A stretch of DNA of 64,000 nucleotides from Chiloscyllium plagiosum (lineage: Eukaryota): contig NC_057712.1 in NCBI RefSeq assembly GCF_004010195.1, positions 102,338,468 through 102,402,467 on the forward strand. The letters are read 5' to 3'. Of this stretch, positions 60,968 through 64,000 are shown in pieces (positions within the stretch are counted from its first letter, which is position 1; each line of letters begins with the position of its first letter). The notes beneath the pieces are model-generated. The model did not search any database and was not told the origin of the DNA. It saw only the letters and a program-made list of their open reading frames with translations. Both the position numbers and the translations under genes were made by a program.

Positions 60968-61869
60968 GCTCTGATCGTCATCTCACCAATGCTTTGGATT
61001 CACCTCTGCCATTTTCTCTTCATAACCTGAGTGACGGTCAATTCTATACTTCCTTTTGCAGACTTATATTGATTACTGATTGAATCAGTATCTGACCTGA
61101 TGTGCAATATCTTATTCATGGTATTTCAAAAGATGGACAGAGTGTTGAAGTTCTGGTGGCTGGCTCCTCAAGAAATGGGGAGCTTTTTTCGGTTTGTTTT
61201 TGGATGCCAACAGCTTGTTCAGTATTTCCTGCCATTCCTGTTTTATTATAGTGAGGTCCAGTTGTATGCAGTGATTTGACATTCAACAATTCCAAAGCAG
61301 AGCTTGTTTGAAGGATGAACAAGGGCTCGGTGAAACTTGAATAATTGACATCCATTGAGGCTATTAAGATGGTGCTTTAAAGATTTAACATTTATCATTC
61401 TAAACTAGTTCTCTTGGGGTGAGGCGTATTATCTCCATGACTCAACAAGGAGAGAAATAACGCACTGTACTGCAATTCAGATCTTAAACTCAGAGGCATG
61501 AAGTGAGTCTTGTGATTGGTAATCCACTGGAAGATACATGGGTAATTTTCCAATGAAATGTTTATTAATACAATATCCTACCTAATCCTGATATTTAGCT
61601 GTTTGTGTTTTCTATAGCCATCAAAAAATGTTACTCCTTTCTTCTTTCTGTATTCTAGTGTAGATAGCAGGATACCCATGTGACTAGAGGGCAGTTATCA
61701 TGTTACAACTGTGCTCGTTATTTGTGTTTCTTCTCCATCACACAGCCATCTCTTTTGGGTCATTTTAGCAGCTCTGTCTATATCTTCCGTCTGTTTAACT
61801 GTGAAGGGATTCCAATTGTAACATTCCACTTTGTTACAGCTCCCATCAGGTTGGCACCTTCTTTTCTTG

Positions 61870-62277
61870 GTAAGGGCTTTTGCCCGAAACGTCGATTCTC
61901 CTACTCCTCAGATGCTGTGCTTTTCCAGCACTACACTAATCTAGACTCTGATCTCTAGCAATGGCTAAGAATGGTGGCTCAGTGGTTAGCACTGCTGCCT
62001 CACAGTGCCAGGGTCCCAGGTTCGATTCCAGCCTCGGGTGATTATCTGTGTGGAGTTTACACATTCTCCCCATGTCTGTGTGGGTTTTCTCTTGCAGTCT
62101 AAGGATGTGCAGGCCAGGTGAATTGGCCATGCTAAATTGCACATAGTGTTAGGTGCATTAGTCAGAGGGAAACGGGTCTGGGTGGGTTACTCTTTGGAGG
62201 GTTAGTGTGGACTGGTTGGGCCGAAGGGCCTGTTTCCACACTGTAGGGAATCTAATCTGCAGTCCTCACTTTCACCT
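61870..62277 (+). mobile_element. PLE-derived mini-element (5'-truncated inside the hammerhead) with a 14-bp TSD, split by a SINE
   Basis: ACCTTCTTTTCTTG at 61856-61869 vs ACCTTCTTCTCTTG at 62278-62291; gggcttttgcccgaaacgtc; tail ...ctctagca|SINE|tctgcagtcctcacttt. Confidence 0.8.
61965..62256 (+). mobile_element. HE1/V-SINE-type SINE
   Basis: A box tggctcagtgg, B box ggttcgattcc, V-domain, tail ctgtagggaatctaatct. Confidence 0.9.
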
Positions 62278-62736
62278 ACCTTCTTCTCTTGCCAAGTCTG
62301 AAACCGGACAGGGGCAGGATTGGGAATGGATTAACAGTTTGATTTCTGACATTTTCTGTGCCGTTAATAATATGATCTCGGACTTTGGTTCTAATGTCCT
62401 CACATCACAAGGCATACAAACAAGTAGAAAAAAACATGGACTTTTACTTTAAACCCATAAATAGACCTCTGGCATCCGAAAATTTCTAAAGTTTAATCAA
62501 AAATCACAGTATTATCTGGCAGTGTGTGAGCAAGCATCACTCGAGCTCTGGAATCGGATAGCAGCTGGTTTATTGAGGCAGTGCTGTATTGCTGATGCTG
62601 TCTTTTGGATAATTTAAAACGTATATTTGTCTCGCACCTTCAACACTGATAAATATGACAAGGTATCTGAGGGGAACAATATCAAACAGAACTTGACCTG
62701 AGACACCTAGCTGTGTGCTAAGTCTGATGACCAAAA

Positions 62737-63030
62737 GATTAGATTCCCTACAGTGTGGAAACAGGCCCTTCGGCCCAATCAGTCCACACCAAGTAACCCA
62801 CCCAGACCCACTTCACTCTGATTAACACACCTAACTCTCGGGGCACTTTAACGTGGCCAATTCACCTGACCTGCACATCTTTGGACTATGAGAGGAAACC
62901 AGAGCAAACCCACACCGGCACGGGGAGAATGTGCAAACTCCACACAGACAGTCACCTGAGGCTGGAAACGAACCTGGGTCCCTGACATGGTGGGGCAGCA
63001 GTGCTAACCACTCAGCCATTGTGTCACCCC
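62737..63030 (-). mobile_element. HE1/V-SINE-type SINE
   Basis: Homologous to the other copies; possible TSD ccaaaa(a)g. Confidence 0.9.
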
Positions 63031-63143
63031 AAAAAGGCAGTTCTCTTAAAAAAAACTTTGTATTTGCATAGTGCCTCTAACATACTGATTTGGAGGTGCT
63101 GATGTTGGACTGGGCTGTACAAAGTTAAAAATCACACAACACC

Positions 63144-63413
63144 GTGGGCGGCACGGTGGCACAGTGGTTAGCACTGCTGCCTCACAGCGCCAGAGACCCG
63201 GGTTCAATTCCCGACTCAGGCGACTGACTGTGTGGAGTTTGCACATTCTCCCCGTGTCTGCGTGGGTTTCCTCCGGGTGCTCCGGTTTCCTCCCACAGTC
63301 ACAAAGATGTGCGGGTCAGGTGAATTTGCCATGCTAAATTGCCCGTAGTGTTAGGTTAAAGGGGTAAATGTAGGGGTATGGGTGGGTTGTGCTTCGGCTA
63401 ATCTAATCTCTAA
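63144..63413 (+). mobile_element. Young HE1/V-SINE-type SINE nested in the PLE-derived element
   Basis: Near-identical to the 38921-39222 copy over head and V-domain; part of the tail deleted; ends taatctaatct. Confidence 0.92.
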
Positions 63414-63446
63414 ACCAGGTTATAGTCCAACAGGTTTAATTGGAAG

Positions 63447-63481
63447 CACTAGCTTTCGGAGCACTGCTCCTTCATCAGGTG
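63447..63481 (-). ncRNA. Minimal hammerhead ribozyme motif (CUA triplet)
   Basis: CAC-CUGAUGA-A-GGAGC(AGU)GCUCC-GAAA-G-CUA-GUG: stem I CAC/GUG, 5-bp stem II. Confidence 0.82.
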
Positions 63482-64000
63482 GTTGTGGAGTGGCAGCGCT
63501 CCGAAAGCTAGTGCTTCCAAATCAAACTGGTGTTGCGTGATTTTTAATCTTCTAACATACTGAACCATCTCCTGAACATTATGAAACAAAGCTTGACATT
63601 GAACAATACAGGGGATCTTGGGACAGACGACCAAAAGCTTACCAGCAGATGTAAGCCTGGTGTGGGTAAACAAGCTGTTCTGCTGGGGTTAGGGGAGGAA
63701 GACTTCATGGATTACAAGCTTCTGAACTGAGAATTTGGTTTATTCTTTCAAGCGACCTGGACATTGCTGACAATTCCAGCATTTGTCGCTTATCCATGAT
63801 TGCTGTCCAGCTGAGTGATTTGTTAGGAGCTTTCAGTAGTTCGCTCAGAGTCAGCGTTATAAAGGGCATGGAGTTACCTGATGAATTTGAACCCATGTTC
63901 CCAAAACATTAGCTGGGGTTGATGGATCATTAGTAACATTCCCACCATCTCTCCGCAAACCTATAACCAAATTGCAAGGTGACATTTAGTCTCCCTTTCA

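Larger units (their letters stand above)
63089..63550. mobile_element. Inverted PLE-derived element with a 13-bp TSD and a nested SINE
   Basis: TCTAACATACTGA at 63076-63088 and 63551-63563; arms aaaaatcacacaacacc... and ...ggtgttgcgtgattttt. Confidence 0.88.

Noticed and set aside
63144-63225. tRNA genes at the SINE heads
   Set aside because: A/B boxes are present but run directly into the V-domain and LINE tail; these are SINEs.

Overview
Repeat-dominated, CpG-poor vertebrate DNA, very likely from a shark (HE1/V-SINE-type SINEs, abundant CR1 LINEs); carpet-shark affinity is only a guess. No intact protein-coding host gene is recognisable. The ORFs I can assign are transposon remnants or by-products of tandem repeats, and the rest have no recognisable homology. 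Contents: many CR1 and CR1/L2-type LINE fragments, including a near-full-length CR1 (18.8-22.7 kb); a decayed Ty3/Gypsy provirus with both LTRs (11.95-16.63 kb); six V-SINE copies; a ~10.8 kb 15-bp minisatellite with higher-order structure; and a VNTR-containing, TSD-flanked composite retroposon (49.86-50.99 kb). Most striking, about ten Penelope-like (PLE) insertions from several families carry minimal hammerhead ribozyme motifs (CUGAUGA-stem II-GAAA-palindrome-NUH). Most are inverted tail-out pairs, five have 12-16 bp target-site duplications, and one is a tandem retrozyme-like pair. Coordinates of old degenerate repeats are approximate (read by eye).
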